A program made the position numbers and the translations under genes. Shown in pieces: positions 24,474 to 32,000 of a stretch of DNA of 32,000 bases. The stretch's first letter is position 1; every line of letters starts with the position of its first letter. The DNA is taken from sequence record OY253666.1; one strand, 5' to 3'. The notes below the pieces were generated by a model. It was not told the origin of the DNA. It did not search any database and worked only from the letters and a program-made list of their open reading frames with translations.

Positions 24474-25637
24474 TTAGGCTGTGGTGTTGACCAGATCGTT
24501 CTCTGGAGCCGAATCATCCTCTGGGACAGGCGTCGGCTCATTGTCAGTCATACCTTCTTCTGGTACAGAAGAAGACGACGAAACCACGCCAAACGGGCCC
24601 TTACCAGCACCATTCCCTGAAGAAGCATTCTGGTATTCCGGTGGTAGAGCAAGTGCAAACGGCGCATCATCGCCGCTGTCGTTTAACGATCTAAATGGCT
24701 CGATACGAATAGTGTCACCTTCAAGCACCCACACGTCTGGGGCGAAAAGTCGCACATCTCCGTCGATAATTTCGTCGGACTGAGCCAAGCTACTATCGAC
24801 CGAATCTGGTGATTCAATATCACCAGATTCGGTCGATAGTAATGTTGTGACAACCCCGAAAGGAAGTTCACCCTCCCTTCCAAAGGATCTCCAAGAGCCT
24901 AACCCTGAGTCAGCCGGCTCCGCTAAATTGCGAATCGCTTGTTGCGCTTGCTCCATTGACTGGGCTGAGGCCAACGCTCGGAATTGCTGTGGTGCCGATG
25001 GCTCATTACGTAAGAGTTTTAAAATATCCAAATCAACATTCAGCTCGTTTGATGTTCGAGCCACAAAATCAATCAGACCATACAACCTAGCTTCGTCAGC
25101 AGACATAAACTGATCACGGTCCATGTCCCGGGCAATACGCTCAATGCTTTGTTGAGTGCGGGTTGCATAGATAATTCCAATTTGTTTACGAATTCGATTG
25201 ACTTCACTCGATTCTGATAAAATTTCAGAGGCTTGCCCCTCACTTCCACCCTCAGGTTGGTGGATCATGATACGGCCATTTGGTAATGATAAACGGCGGC
25301 CATACGTCCCACCAGCAAGGACAAACGAGGCCATAGACGACGCCGTTCCCATACAAATGGTAGTGATCCCGCTATGCAAGTATCGCATGATATCATAGAC
25401 CCCAATCCCACAGGTTACAGAACCCCCCAGCGAATTAATGTACATGAAAAACGGCTGACTTGGATCCTCAGCATTTAAGTACAACATTAAGGAAATCAGC
25501 TGATTCGCAACTTCATCACCTAAATCCTGACACAAAAAAAGCATGCGCTCTCGATAAAGGCAGTTATACAGATCAATCCAATCTGCTTCGGCTTCGCCAG
25601 GGAGACGGTACTCAACTTTCGGAACACCAATTGGCAT
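24474..25637 (-). CDS. clpP: ATP-dependent Clp protease proteolytic subunit with a C-terminal extension of about 190 aa
   Basis: The first ~195 aa form a normal ClpP core: [15 protein letters not shown]..., Ser in GTASSMASF, His in IMIHQPEGG, Asp region [13 protein letters not shown]. The frame then stays open for another 192 codons of acidic, Ser/Pro-rich sequence. Confidence 0.9.
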   Translation of the reverse strand: MPIGVPKVEYRLPGEAEADWIDLYNCLYRERMLFLCQDLGDEVANQLISLMLYLNAEDPSQPFFMYINSLGGSVTCGIGVYDIMRYLHSGITTICMGTASSMASFVLAGGTYGRRLSLPNGRIMIHQPEGGSEGQASEILSESSEVNRIRKQIGIIYATRTQQSIERIARDMDRDQFMSADEARLYGLIDFVARTSNELNVDLDILKLLRNEPSAPQQFRALASAQSMEQAQQAIRNLAEPADSGLGSWRSFGREGELPFGVVTTLLSTESGDIESPDSVDSSLAQSDEIIDGDVRLFAPDVWVLEGDTIRIEPFRSLNDSGDDAPFALALPPEYQNASSGNGAGKGPFGVVSSSSSVPEEGMTDNEPTPVPEDDSAPENDLVNTTA

Positions 25638-25644
25638 AAACCTA

Positions 25645-25652
25645 CCCTCCTT
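25645..25652 (-). promoter_or_regulatory. Shine-Dalgarno-like AAGGAGGG upstream of clpP
   Basis: The minus strand reads caAAGGAGGGtaggtttATG, 7 nt from the start codon. Confidence 0.5.
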
Positions 25653-25856
25653 TGAAGTTTGTATAAAAATGAAAATTACTCATTGGGTCCAACGAGTCTT
25701 CATAGTGTATGAATCTCTGCATATACGTCAGAGATGAGTGAGCACGGGGCCTTATATACACGCGCAGTGTAACACTCGCAAGGGTCGTGATTCGCGGAGA
25801 TCCCGCAAAAAAGGGGAATAGACGACACACATACCCACAATCCCCGTGCACACTTT

Positions 25857-26216
25857 TTAACGGTCGTTGGCGCGCGATTTAAGTCGCGTTGCTTTACCTA
25901 CACGATCACGTAAATAATATAATTTTGCACGACGCACTTTTGCTCGTTTAATAATCTCGATATTCTGAAGGACAGGTGAGTGAATACTAAAAATTCGCTC
26001 AATACCAATACCCTGGAAAATTCGACGAACCGTGATCGTACTGTGCAAACCAGCACGACGCTGTGCAATAACAATTCCTTGGTACGGTTGAACGCGCTGT
26101 TTATTCCCTTCTTGGATATAGACACCAACCTTCACCGTGTCACCAATGCCAATTTGCGGAAGCGTCGTTTTTAAACTTTTTGCTTCAATCGTTTGAAGCA
26201 ATGTATGCAGACTCAT
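25857..26216 (-). CDS. rpl19: Ribosomal protein L19
   Basis: A 119-aa ORF with [59 protein letters not shown]...RAKLYYLR. Confidence 0.93.
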   Translation of the reverse strand: MSLHTLLQTIEAKSLKTTLPQIGIGDTVKVGVYIQEGNKQRVQPYQGIVIAQRRAGLHSTITVRRIFQGIGIERIFSIHSPVLQNIEIIKRAKVRRAKLYYLRDRVGKATRLKSRANDR

Positions 26217-26220
26217 GAAA

Positions 26221-26229
26221 CTCCTCCTT
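26221..26229 (-). promoter_or_regulatory. Shine-Dalgarno-like AAGGAGGAG upstream of rpl19
   Basis: The minus strand reads ccAAGGAGGAGtttcATG, 4 nt from the start codon. Confidence 0.5.
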
Positions 26230-26260
26230 GGTTCGAAACGGGGCTTATAGTTACTGAAAA

Positions 26261-27490
26261 TTAAGCGAGAATTTCAGATACTAATCCGGCACCAACCGTA
26301 CGACCACCTTCACGAATGGCAAAACGCATTCCTTTTTCAATGGCAATTGGCTGGATTAATTCAACAACCATACGAACACGGTCACCCGGGATAACCATTT
26401 TCGTTTCGCTGCCATCATCTGCTTTAAATGATTCAATTTTACCGGTTACATCCGTTGTTCGTACGTAGAATTGTGGACGGTATCCTGGGAAGAATGGCGT
26501 GTGGCGGCCACCCTCTTCTTTTTTCAGCACGTACACCTGTGATTCAAATTTTGTGTGCGGTGTCATTGATCCAGGTTTCGCTAAAACCATACCACGTTGA
26601 ATTTCATCTTTTTGAACTCCGCGTAATAAGACACCAACATTATCACCGGCAATACTTTCATCAAGTGATTTTTGGAACATCTCTAACCCAGTAACTGTTG
26701 TTGCTTTTGTTGGACCTAACCCAACTAATTCAACCTGCTCACCAACTTTAATTGCTCCACGTTCCACACGACCGGTTGCAACGGTCCCACGGCCAGTAAT
26801 TGAGAAAACATCCTCAATAGCCATTAAAAATGGTTTGTTTGTTTGACGTTCTGGTGTTGGAATATACGAATCCACCTGCTTCATTAATTCGAGAATTTTA
26901 TCTACCCACTGGTTATCGCCAGGTTTCGTTTGAGGATTCTCAGTTAATGCTTCTAAGGCTAATAACGCCGATCCAGTCACGATTGGGATCTCGTCTCCCG
27001 GAAACTCGTAGCTATCTAATGTTTCACGAACTTCAAGCTCAACTAGCTCTAGTAATTCAGCGTCGTCTACTTGGTCCTCTTTGTTTAAGAAAACGACAAT
27101 ATTAGGAACCCCAACTTGTTTAGCAAGAAGGATGTGCTCTTTTGTTTGCGGCATTGGACCGTCAGCACCCGATACGACAAGAATCGCACCATCCATTTGC
27201 GCTGCACCAGTAATCATGTTTTTTACATAATCGGCGTGACCTGGACAATCGACGTGCGCGTAATGGCGGTTTTCTGTTTCGTACTCCACGTGTGCTGTAT
27301 TAATTGTGATACCGCGTGCTTTTTCTTCAGGCGCAGAATCGATATCATCGTATTTGCGGCCCTGGCCACCCTGTGTCGCTGCTAACGTCATGGTAATTGC
27401 AGCTGTTAATGTTGTTTTTCCGTGGTCAACATGACCAATTGTACCAATGTTAACATGTGGTTTTTTTCGTTCAAATTTTGCGCGAGCCAT
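26261..27490 (-). CDS. tufA: Translation elongation factor Tu
   Basis: A 409-aa ORF starting [33 protein letters not shown]... Confidence 0.99.
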   Translation of the reverse strand: MARAKFERKKPHVNIGTIGHVDHGKTTLTAAITMTLAATQGGQGRKYDDIDSAPEEKARGITINTAHVEYETENRHYAHVDCPGHADYVKNMITGAAQMDGAILVVSGADGPMPQTKEHILLAKQVGVPNIVVFLNKEDQVDDAELLELVELEVRETLDSYEFPGDEIPIVTGSALLALEALTENPQTKPGDNQWVDKILELMKQVDSYIPTPERQTNKPFLMAIEDVFSITGRGTVATGRVERGAIKVGEQVELVGLGPTKATTVTGLEMFQKSLDESIAGDNVGVLLRGVQKDEIQRGMVLAKPGSMTPHTKFESQVYVLKKEEGGRHTPFFPGYRPQFYVRTTDVTGKIESFKADDGSETKMVIPGDRVRMVVELIQPIAIEKGMRFAIREGGRTVGAGLVSEILA

Positions 27491-27584
27491 AGAAAAGAAT
27501 ACCTCTCAAAAATTACTGTTTTAATTCAGATGTTCGGCACACAGACCCGATAAAGGCTGTGCGTCGGAAATGTACGATGAAGGA

Positions 27585-28052
27585 CTAAAAACGGCCCGTT
27601 GAGTACACGCGGTTAGCCTCGGCCATTTTGGCCATTTCTTCTTTTTTGCGAATAGCTGCTCCCGTGTTTTTCGAAGCATCTAAAAGCTCATTGCCTAGTT
27701 TTGACGCCGCCGTACGCCCAGAACGTTTACGGCATGCCGTTAAAATCCAGCGAATCGCTAACGCGGTTCCGCGCTTCCCCGATACAGTAACTGGAACTTG
27801 GAACGTGGCCCCACCCCGACGTTTTGATTTTAGCTCAAGACTTGGCGTTACATTCCGAATTGCTTCTTCAATAATCTGGACCGGGTCTTGTTGCGTTTTT
27901 TCTTCAATCTGTTTCATGGCACCGTAGCATATTGTATAAGCTACGGTTTTTTTACCATTCTTCATTAAACGGTTGACAATCATTTGAAGGATTGTACTTT
28001 GATATACTGGATCTGGAACAAAGTTCAGAGTTATTGGGTTTCCACTTGACAT
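27585..28052 (-). CDS. rps7: Ribosomal protein S7
   Basis: A 155-aa ORF with NRLMKNGKKTVAYTICYGAM...GGATFQVPV...ALAIRWIL...AIRKKEEMAKMAEANR. Confidence 0.95.
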   Translation of the reverse strand: MSSGNPITLNFVPDPVYQSTILQMIVNRLMKNGKKTVAYTICYGAMKQIEEKTQQDPVQIIEEAIRNVTPSLELKSKRRGGATFQVPVTVSGKRGTALAIRWILTACRKRSGRTAASKLGNELLDASKNTGAAIRKKEEMAKMAEANRVYSTGRF

Positions 28053-28085
28053 AGAAATAATTAACGTAAAATACTTTTCGACGAC

Positions 28086-28457
28086 CTATTTAGGCTTTTT
28101 AACACCATACTTCGAACGACTCTGCATACGCACTTTAACAGCAGCCGTATCCAGCGTACCCCGAACGATGTGATAGCGTACCCCAGGTAAATCTTTTACC
28201 CGGCCGCCACGGACTAACACAACAGAATGTTCTTGTAAATTATGACCAATACCACCAATATACGCCGTCACCTCAAATCCCGTTGTTAAACGAACACGGG
28301 CAACTTTACGAAGCGCGGAGTTGGGTTTTTTTGGTGTTGTTGTATAAACACGCGTACACACCCCACGACGTTGTGGGCAAGATTGTAACGCGGGTGATTT
28401 TGTTTTCTTAGTAATCTTTTTTCGAGCGTCTCGAACAAGTTGCTGAATTGTAGGCAT
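28086..28457 (-). CDS. rps12: Ribosomal protein S12 (contiguous, not trans-spliced)
   Basis: A 123-aa ORF starting [57 protein letters not shown]... Confidence 0.98.
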   Translation of the reverse strand: MPTIQQLVRDARKKITKKTKSPALQSCPQRRGVCTRVYTTTPKKPNSALRKVARVRLTTGFEVTAYIGGIGHNLQEHSVVLVRGGRVKDLPGVRYHIVRGTLDTAAVKVRMQSRSKYGVKKPK

Positions 28458-28503
28458 ATGTGCGTTACAAAAAAATTAGAAAAGGTAACAGTTTTTTATT
28501 GAC

Positions 28504-28540
28504 GTTCTCTACGGCAACATTTTAATTTGCCGTAGAGAAC
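28504..28540 (-). repeat. 14-bp hairpin upstream of rps12
   Basis: gttctctacggcaa-cattttaat-ttgccgtagagaac. Confidence 0.5.
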
Positions 28541-28796
28541 TCTGGCAGTTTGAAAAACCATATAAGGGCGTTTCCGACTGCCTGAAGCATATGAGGAGTG
28601 TGCGGCATGTTCTTTCGACAAAGGGCGAAAAAAATTGGAAATTGCCACACCATATGATACAAAGAGGAATTTGATGTAGTACCAAGGAACCTACCGAGGA
28701 ATAGAATATCACAGTTTATTAGAAAAAGACAATATAAAGTAAGAAGTCAACGCGCTAATTTAAGTAGGCGATAGTAAAGAACACACAACTCGCTAT

Positions 28797-28862
28797 TTCG
28801 CATACGCGAATCACGTATGCGAACGCGCAACGATAAACGGGTGTAAACGCCCGTTTATCGTT
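28797..28862. repeat. Two adjacent hairpins 3' of psaJ
   Basis: ttcgcatacg-cgaatca-cgtatgcgaa (28797-28823) and aacgataaacggg-tgtaaacg-cccgtttatcgtt (28829-28862). Confidence 0.55.
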
Positions 28863-28895
28863 AGGTGCTCTCGTACACCACAGAGGGAGAAACTC

Positions 28896-29021
28896 TTACA
28901 ACGAGAAAACCAAAGGATCTGGAAAAAAGCGATTGATCTCAATTAGTAAACCAGCGGTTACGGTAAACCAAAGTAATGCAACAACTGGAGCTGTTGAAAG
29001 GTAAATTGAAAAATTTTTCAT
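28896..29021 (-). CDS. psaJ: Photosystem I subunit IX
   Basis: Hand translation gives [41 protein letters not shown] (41 aa). This matches the PsaJ consensus ..YLS.APV...LWF...[14 protein letters not shown]. Confidence 0.9.
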   Translation of the reverse strand: MKNFSIYLSTAPVVALLWFTVTAGLLIEINRFFPDPLVFSL

Positions 29022-29123
29022 ACGGCGATGGAAAGAATGAAAGTTGCAACGAAATAAAAACAGGAGAAGTGCTTGCAGTTCGCGAAAAGATCTTGTACAC
29101 TTCCATATAGAAAGATTTTTTCA

Positions 29124-29197
29124 CGGAATGTAGCGCAGTTTGGTAGCGCATTTGCTTTGGGAGCAAAGGGTCGCAGGTTCGAATCCTGTCATTCCGA
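29124..29197 (+). tRNA. trnP(UGG): tRNA-Pro (anticodon UGG)
   Basis: CGGAATGTAGCGCAGTTTGGTAGCGCATTTGCTTTGGGAGCAAAGGGTCGCAGGTTCGAATCCTGTCATTCCGA. Confidence 0.9.
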
Positions 29198-29236
29198 GCG
29201 GGTGGGGTCCCACGGAAAAAAACATACTCGCAAATA

Positions 29237-29309
29237 ACGTCCTTAGTTCAATTGGCAGAGCGTTGGTTTCCAAAACCAAATGTTATAGGTTCGAGTCCTA
29301 TAGGACGTG
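29237..29309 (+). tRNA. trnW(CCA): tRNA-Trp (anticodon CCA)
   Basis: ACGTCCTTAGTTCAATTGGCAGAGCGTTGGTTTCCAAAACCAAATGTTATAGGTTCGAGTCCTATAGGACGTG. Confidence 0.9.
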
Positions 29310-29314
29310 ATACG

Positions 29315-29383
29315 TTCGCATATGCGAAAGGTCCTACCTTCCTTTTCTCAGGTTCATTCTCGTGCTCTTCGCATATGCGAAAG
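29315..29383. repeat. Duplicated 16-nt element ttcgcatatgcgaaag, each copy containing a 14-nt palindrome
   Basis: Copies at 29315-29330 and 29368-29383, immediately after trnW. Confidence 0.7.
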
Positions 29384-29499
29384 AACAGGGTGTACTCGGA
29401 GCCCACGACTGAGACTAATAACACCAAAAACCCAGTGCCAAAACACGAGAAAAAGTCATCTACCGCGCATTTGAATGCACGGATGGACCGAAACCTACA

Positions 29500-29601
29500 T
29501 TACAGATTACCGCTCCGACCTGCGAGAAGAACAATGACTAATGGGCCAGCAGCTACAATAGCAAATAACGCGGCTAATTGAAAAACGATTTCTAAGTTCA
29601 T
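29500..29601 (-). CDS. psb30: Photosystem II protein Psb30 (Ycf12)
   Basis: Hand translation gives [33 protein letters not shown] (33 aa), which matches the Ycf12 pattern ...AGP.VI.LLA.R.GNL. Confidence 0.8.
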   Translation of the reverse strand: MNLEIVFQLAALFAIVAAGPLVIVLLAGRSGNL

Positions 29602-29692
29602 ACCAAAATTTGAAACTAGTTTGTAACGTTCGTCATCTGTCATGCATCACATCGATCACATCACAGTACAACGCACCATAATACACATACTT

Positions 29693-29785
29693 TTATGTGT
29701 ATAACGCCACACCGAGGCGAACAGCTAAAATACCAGTAAGGAGAGCTACAAAAAGAGCTACAAAAACATCACTATCTGTAAGCAT
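29693..29785 (-). CDS. psaM: Photosystem I subunit XII
   Basis: Hand translation gives MLTDSDVFVALFVALLTGILAVRLGVALYT* (30 aa), which resembles PsaM (..D.Q....L..AL.P..LA.RL...LY.). Confidence 0.7.
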   Translation of the reverse strand: MLTDSDVFVALFVALLTGILAVRLGVALYT

Positions 29786-29830
29786 AATAAAACCCTTTGA
29801 GGAAAAAAATAAATAACAGACGCGCCCTGA

Positions 29831-29962
29831 TTATCGGAAACTCACAGCCGCTTGCCAAACAAACGCGAGAAGAATAAATAAAACAGGAATAATTGGGAGC
29901 ACATCAACAATTGGATCAAAAGGTGCGTAGGCTTCCGGTAATTTTGCTAGTAAACAAACCAT
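29831..29962 (-). CDS. psbK: Photosystem II protein K (precursor)
   Basis: Hand translation gives [43 protein letters not shown] (43 aa), a strongly PsbK C-terminal consensus. Confidence 0.92.
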   Translation of the reverse strand: MVCLLAKLPEAYAPFDPIVDVLPIIPVLFILLAFVWQAAVSFR

Positions 29963-30264
29963 AAAAATTCTCCAACGAAATGTCTGATAAAAGAGGATTA
30001 AAAACTATTCGGTCAAAAACACGTCAAGTCGATTTGTCGAATATGTTCATGATACGTTTTTAGTGTACCAAAAATATATGAAAGATGGTAGCCTATTTTG
30101 CCCGTGCGTGCCTCGACACCCCGAGGGGGGGGGGGGTACGGCACTACTCTCACGCCCTAACCACGGCACAAGGCATCGTGTATCGAAAGGGCGTGACACA
30201 GAGCGATGACATCTCAGGGGAAAGCACCACCAAAGACCGTACACAAGAACTAAAGCAACCATGC

Positions 30265-32000
30265 CTAGATCCCAGGGCATGATAATGCGGATTCCTGAAA
30301 CCTGATTGTTTGGAAGAGCCCAGTCCCAGCCGGAATTAAATCACCAAACATAACCCGTTCTTTTAATCCACGTAAAAAATCAGTTTTCGTAAGCATAGCG
30401 TCTCGACTTAAGACACGGGTCGTTTCTTGGAAGCTCGCAGATGAGAGTAAACTTTCCGAGTTCAACGCCGCCGCAGTAATACCAAGCACAATTGGCTGAT
30501 ACTCGGCTGTATAGGGCCCCTTATCTACAACCTCTACACGTTCACGAATCTTCAGAACCGGCAGCATCTTGGCTATTGTAGACCCCTTCAATACAAAATC
30601 AGACCAACCTTTATCCTGCTCTGAAATCCCAAGATTTATAAGCTCAACACGACTTAAAGGTATAATTTCATCGCGAAATAAGCCGGTTATTCCAGGGTTC
30701 ATAATCTTCACATGTGAGGTCATTTGGCGAACTACAATCTCAAAGTGCTTATCAGAAATGGTAACACCTTGAGACAGATAAATCTGTTGGATTCGATCAA
30801 CAATTTGGCGCTGCGCCCGGACTAATACTGTTCGAGCAGCAACTGAAGGAGGCATACGCGTCTTGAGTTTTTTGAATTCCCGTCGGACAAATATATGGGC
30901 TTTAAAGGCAGCATCTGGTCGACGGGAAGCTTCAAAAACCTGCTCCACCTTCGGAATACCCTGGACAATATCTCCCGTAATCAGACGTTGGTACACCAAC
31001 GAAACAATCGGGTGTCCGGGCTGGACCCATTGGTAATTATTAACGTGCACTGCTGCTGCTTTGTAACAAAGCACGGGCTGGGCACGACGGATGATCATTT
31101 GCGACGGGGTGAGGGTCACAATTTGACCCGAAACGGGTAACGCGACACCTGGCACAATCTCATCACCATACCGTAAAAGTTGTCCAACGGACAGAGCACT
31201 CGGTGTTTCAGAAATATTTTCAAGGGAAAACGCAATCAAGTGGTGTGTTCGGAGCAGAATCACATCGTTTGTCTCAGTTGTAAAAGTCTCTCCTGCGTCT
31301 CTAACAATATCCGAGTCTGTGAGTATCGGATCCCACTTAAAATAAAGGGTATTCGGCGCCCCAGGCACAGCCGCACCGTGTATAGGCAGTGACACAAGAC
31401 CAATGGACCATGCCCGTCCGTAAAACGGGTTCTGCGTCACCGGGTTGGTCAGGCTAATACGGGGCGCCACAGGTATACCATATACCCGAGTTCGAGACCA
31501 AAGCCTAACGGCGTGAGTTGGAGTACGAAGCCACCGTCGAAGCGGTGGCGCACACACGCGACGCTGCACATTATGACGGATGCCGCGTACAATATCAGTA
31601 TCGTCGGTACCTGTAGTGGGTGCCTGCTTAACCCAAACAGCAGGGCGTGCAGACCAATCGGTCTCATGCATCTGAGCGCCTTCTAAAGACTGCGATATGG
31701 TCAGCCAACGCTGACCGGTTTGGGCACAATTCGCTGAAATTATAGATAATGAGGCCTGCGCCATGACCAGCGTTTCCCCACAAAGATTGTCAAACAAAAC
31801 GTGCCCACGGAAACGCGCTTGGTGGTAAGCTGCAGGTACAAAGCCTGCGTCAACACGTGTTGACACGTATAACCACCCCATAAACCGCTCGGTGAAATAT
31901 AGTGTCGCACCGTCAGCAAGAGTGTACGTACTTGGCTGAACAAGAGAAACCCAGGGAGCAATCATATGGGTAAACATATGCATCTGGCGCGCCGCTTGAT
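30265..32000 (-). CDS. rpoC2: RNA polymerase beta'' subunit, C-terminal part (continues beyond the window)
   Basis: The frame is open to position 32000. It contains ...ITGDIVQGIPKVEQVFEASR..., ...IYLSQGVTISDKHFEIVVRQMTS... and ...SFQETTRVLSRDAMLTKTDFLRGLKERVMFGDLIPAGTG..., typical of the beta'/beta'' C-terminus. Confidence 0.9.
   Translation of the reverse strand, partial: QAARQMHMFTHMIAPWVSLVQPSTYTLADGATLYFTERFMGWLYVSTRVDAGFVPAAYHQARFRGHVLFDNLCGETLVMAQASLSIISANCAQTGQRWLTISQSLEGAQMHETDWSARPAVWVKQAPTTGTDDTDIVRGIRHNVQRRVCAPPLRRWLRTPTHAVRLWSRTRVYGIPVAPRISLTNPVTQNPFYGRAWSIGLVSLPIHGAAVPGAPNTLYFKWDPILTDSDIVRDAGETFTTETNDVILLRTHHLIAFSLENISETPSALSVGQLLRYGDEIVPGVALPVSGQIVTLTPSQMIIRRAQPVLCYKAAAVHVNNYQWVQPGHPIVSLVYQRLITGDIVQGIPKVEQVFEASRRPDAAFKAHIFVRREFKKLKTRMPPSVAARTVLVRAQRQIVDRIQQIYLSQGVTISDKHFEIVVRQMTSHVKIMNPGITGLFRDEIIPLSRVELINLGISEQDKGWSDFVLKGSTIAKMLPVLKIRERVEVVDKGPYTAEYQPIVLGITAAALNSESLLSSASFQETTRVLSRDAMLTKTDFLRGLKERVMFGDLIPAGTGLFQTIRFQESALSCPGI

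Noticed and set aside
25642-25851. A 69-aa ORF in the rpl19-clpP spacer
   Set aside because: It has no recognisable similarity. It occupies the clpP 5' leader, which contains a strong Shine-Dalgarno-like AAGGAGGG, and its composition is typical of spacer.
29252-29581. A 109-aa plus-strand ORF
   Set aside because: It starts inside trnW and runs antisense across psb30/ycf12. The real features explain the region.

Overview
This window is a gene-dense piece of a green-algal (Chlorophyta-type) plastid genome. The evidence is form-IB rbcL, a psbA with the short green-type C-terminus, and plastid-encoded tufA, minD, chlN, chlI, rpl19, ycf20, psaM and ycf12/psb30. I can support 33 protein genes, two of them truncated by the window edges: chlN at the left and rpoC2 at the right. 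Nine small genes missing from the ORF track were found by hand translation: psbM, psbN, psbT, psaI, psaJ, psaM, psbK, psb30 and, with correction, psbH's neighbours. There are also 17 tRNA genes and a 23S plus 5S rRNA pair. 45 of the 52 genes lie on the minus strand. No introns, CRISPR arrays, transposases or foreign-looking ORFs were seen, and I found no convincing novel multi-gene system. The features worth a second look are: (1) an 86-nt tRNA with a CAU anticodon and a class-II-sized variable region; (2) an rRNA cluster, trnI-trnA-rrl-rrf, with no 16S gene upstream (petA sits there instead) and no trnR(ACG) downstream; (3) clpP with an acidic, low-complexity C-terminal extension of about 190 aa; (4) perfect GC-rich hairpins or palindromes in almost every intergenic spacer, including G10/C12 homopolymer arms and a small TTCGCATA/TATGCGAA family. 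All coordinates were derived by hand. rRNA ends are approximate.
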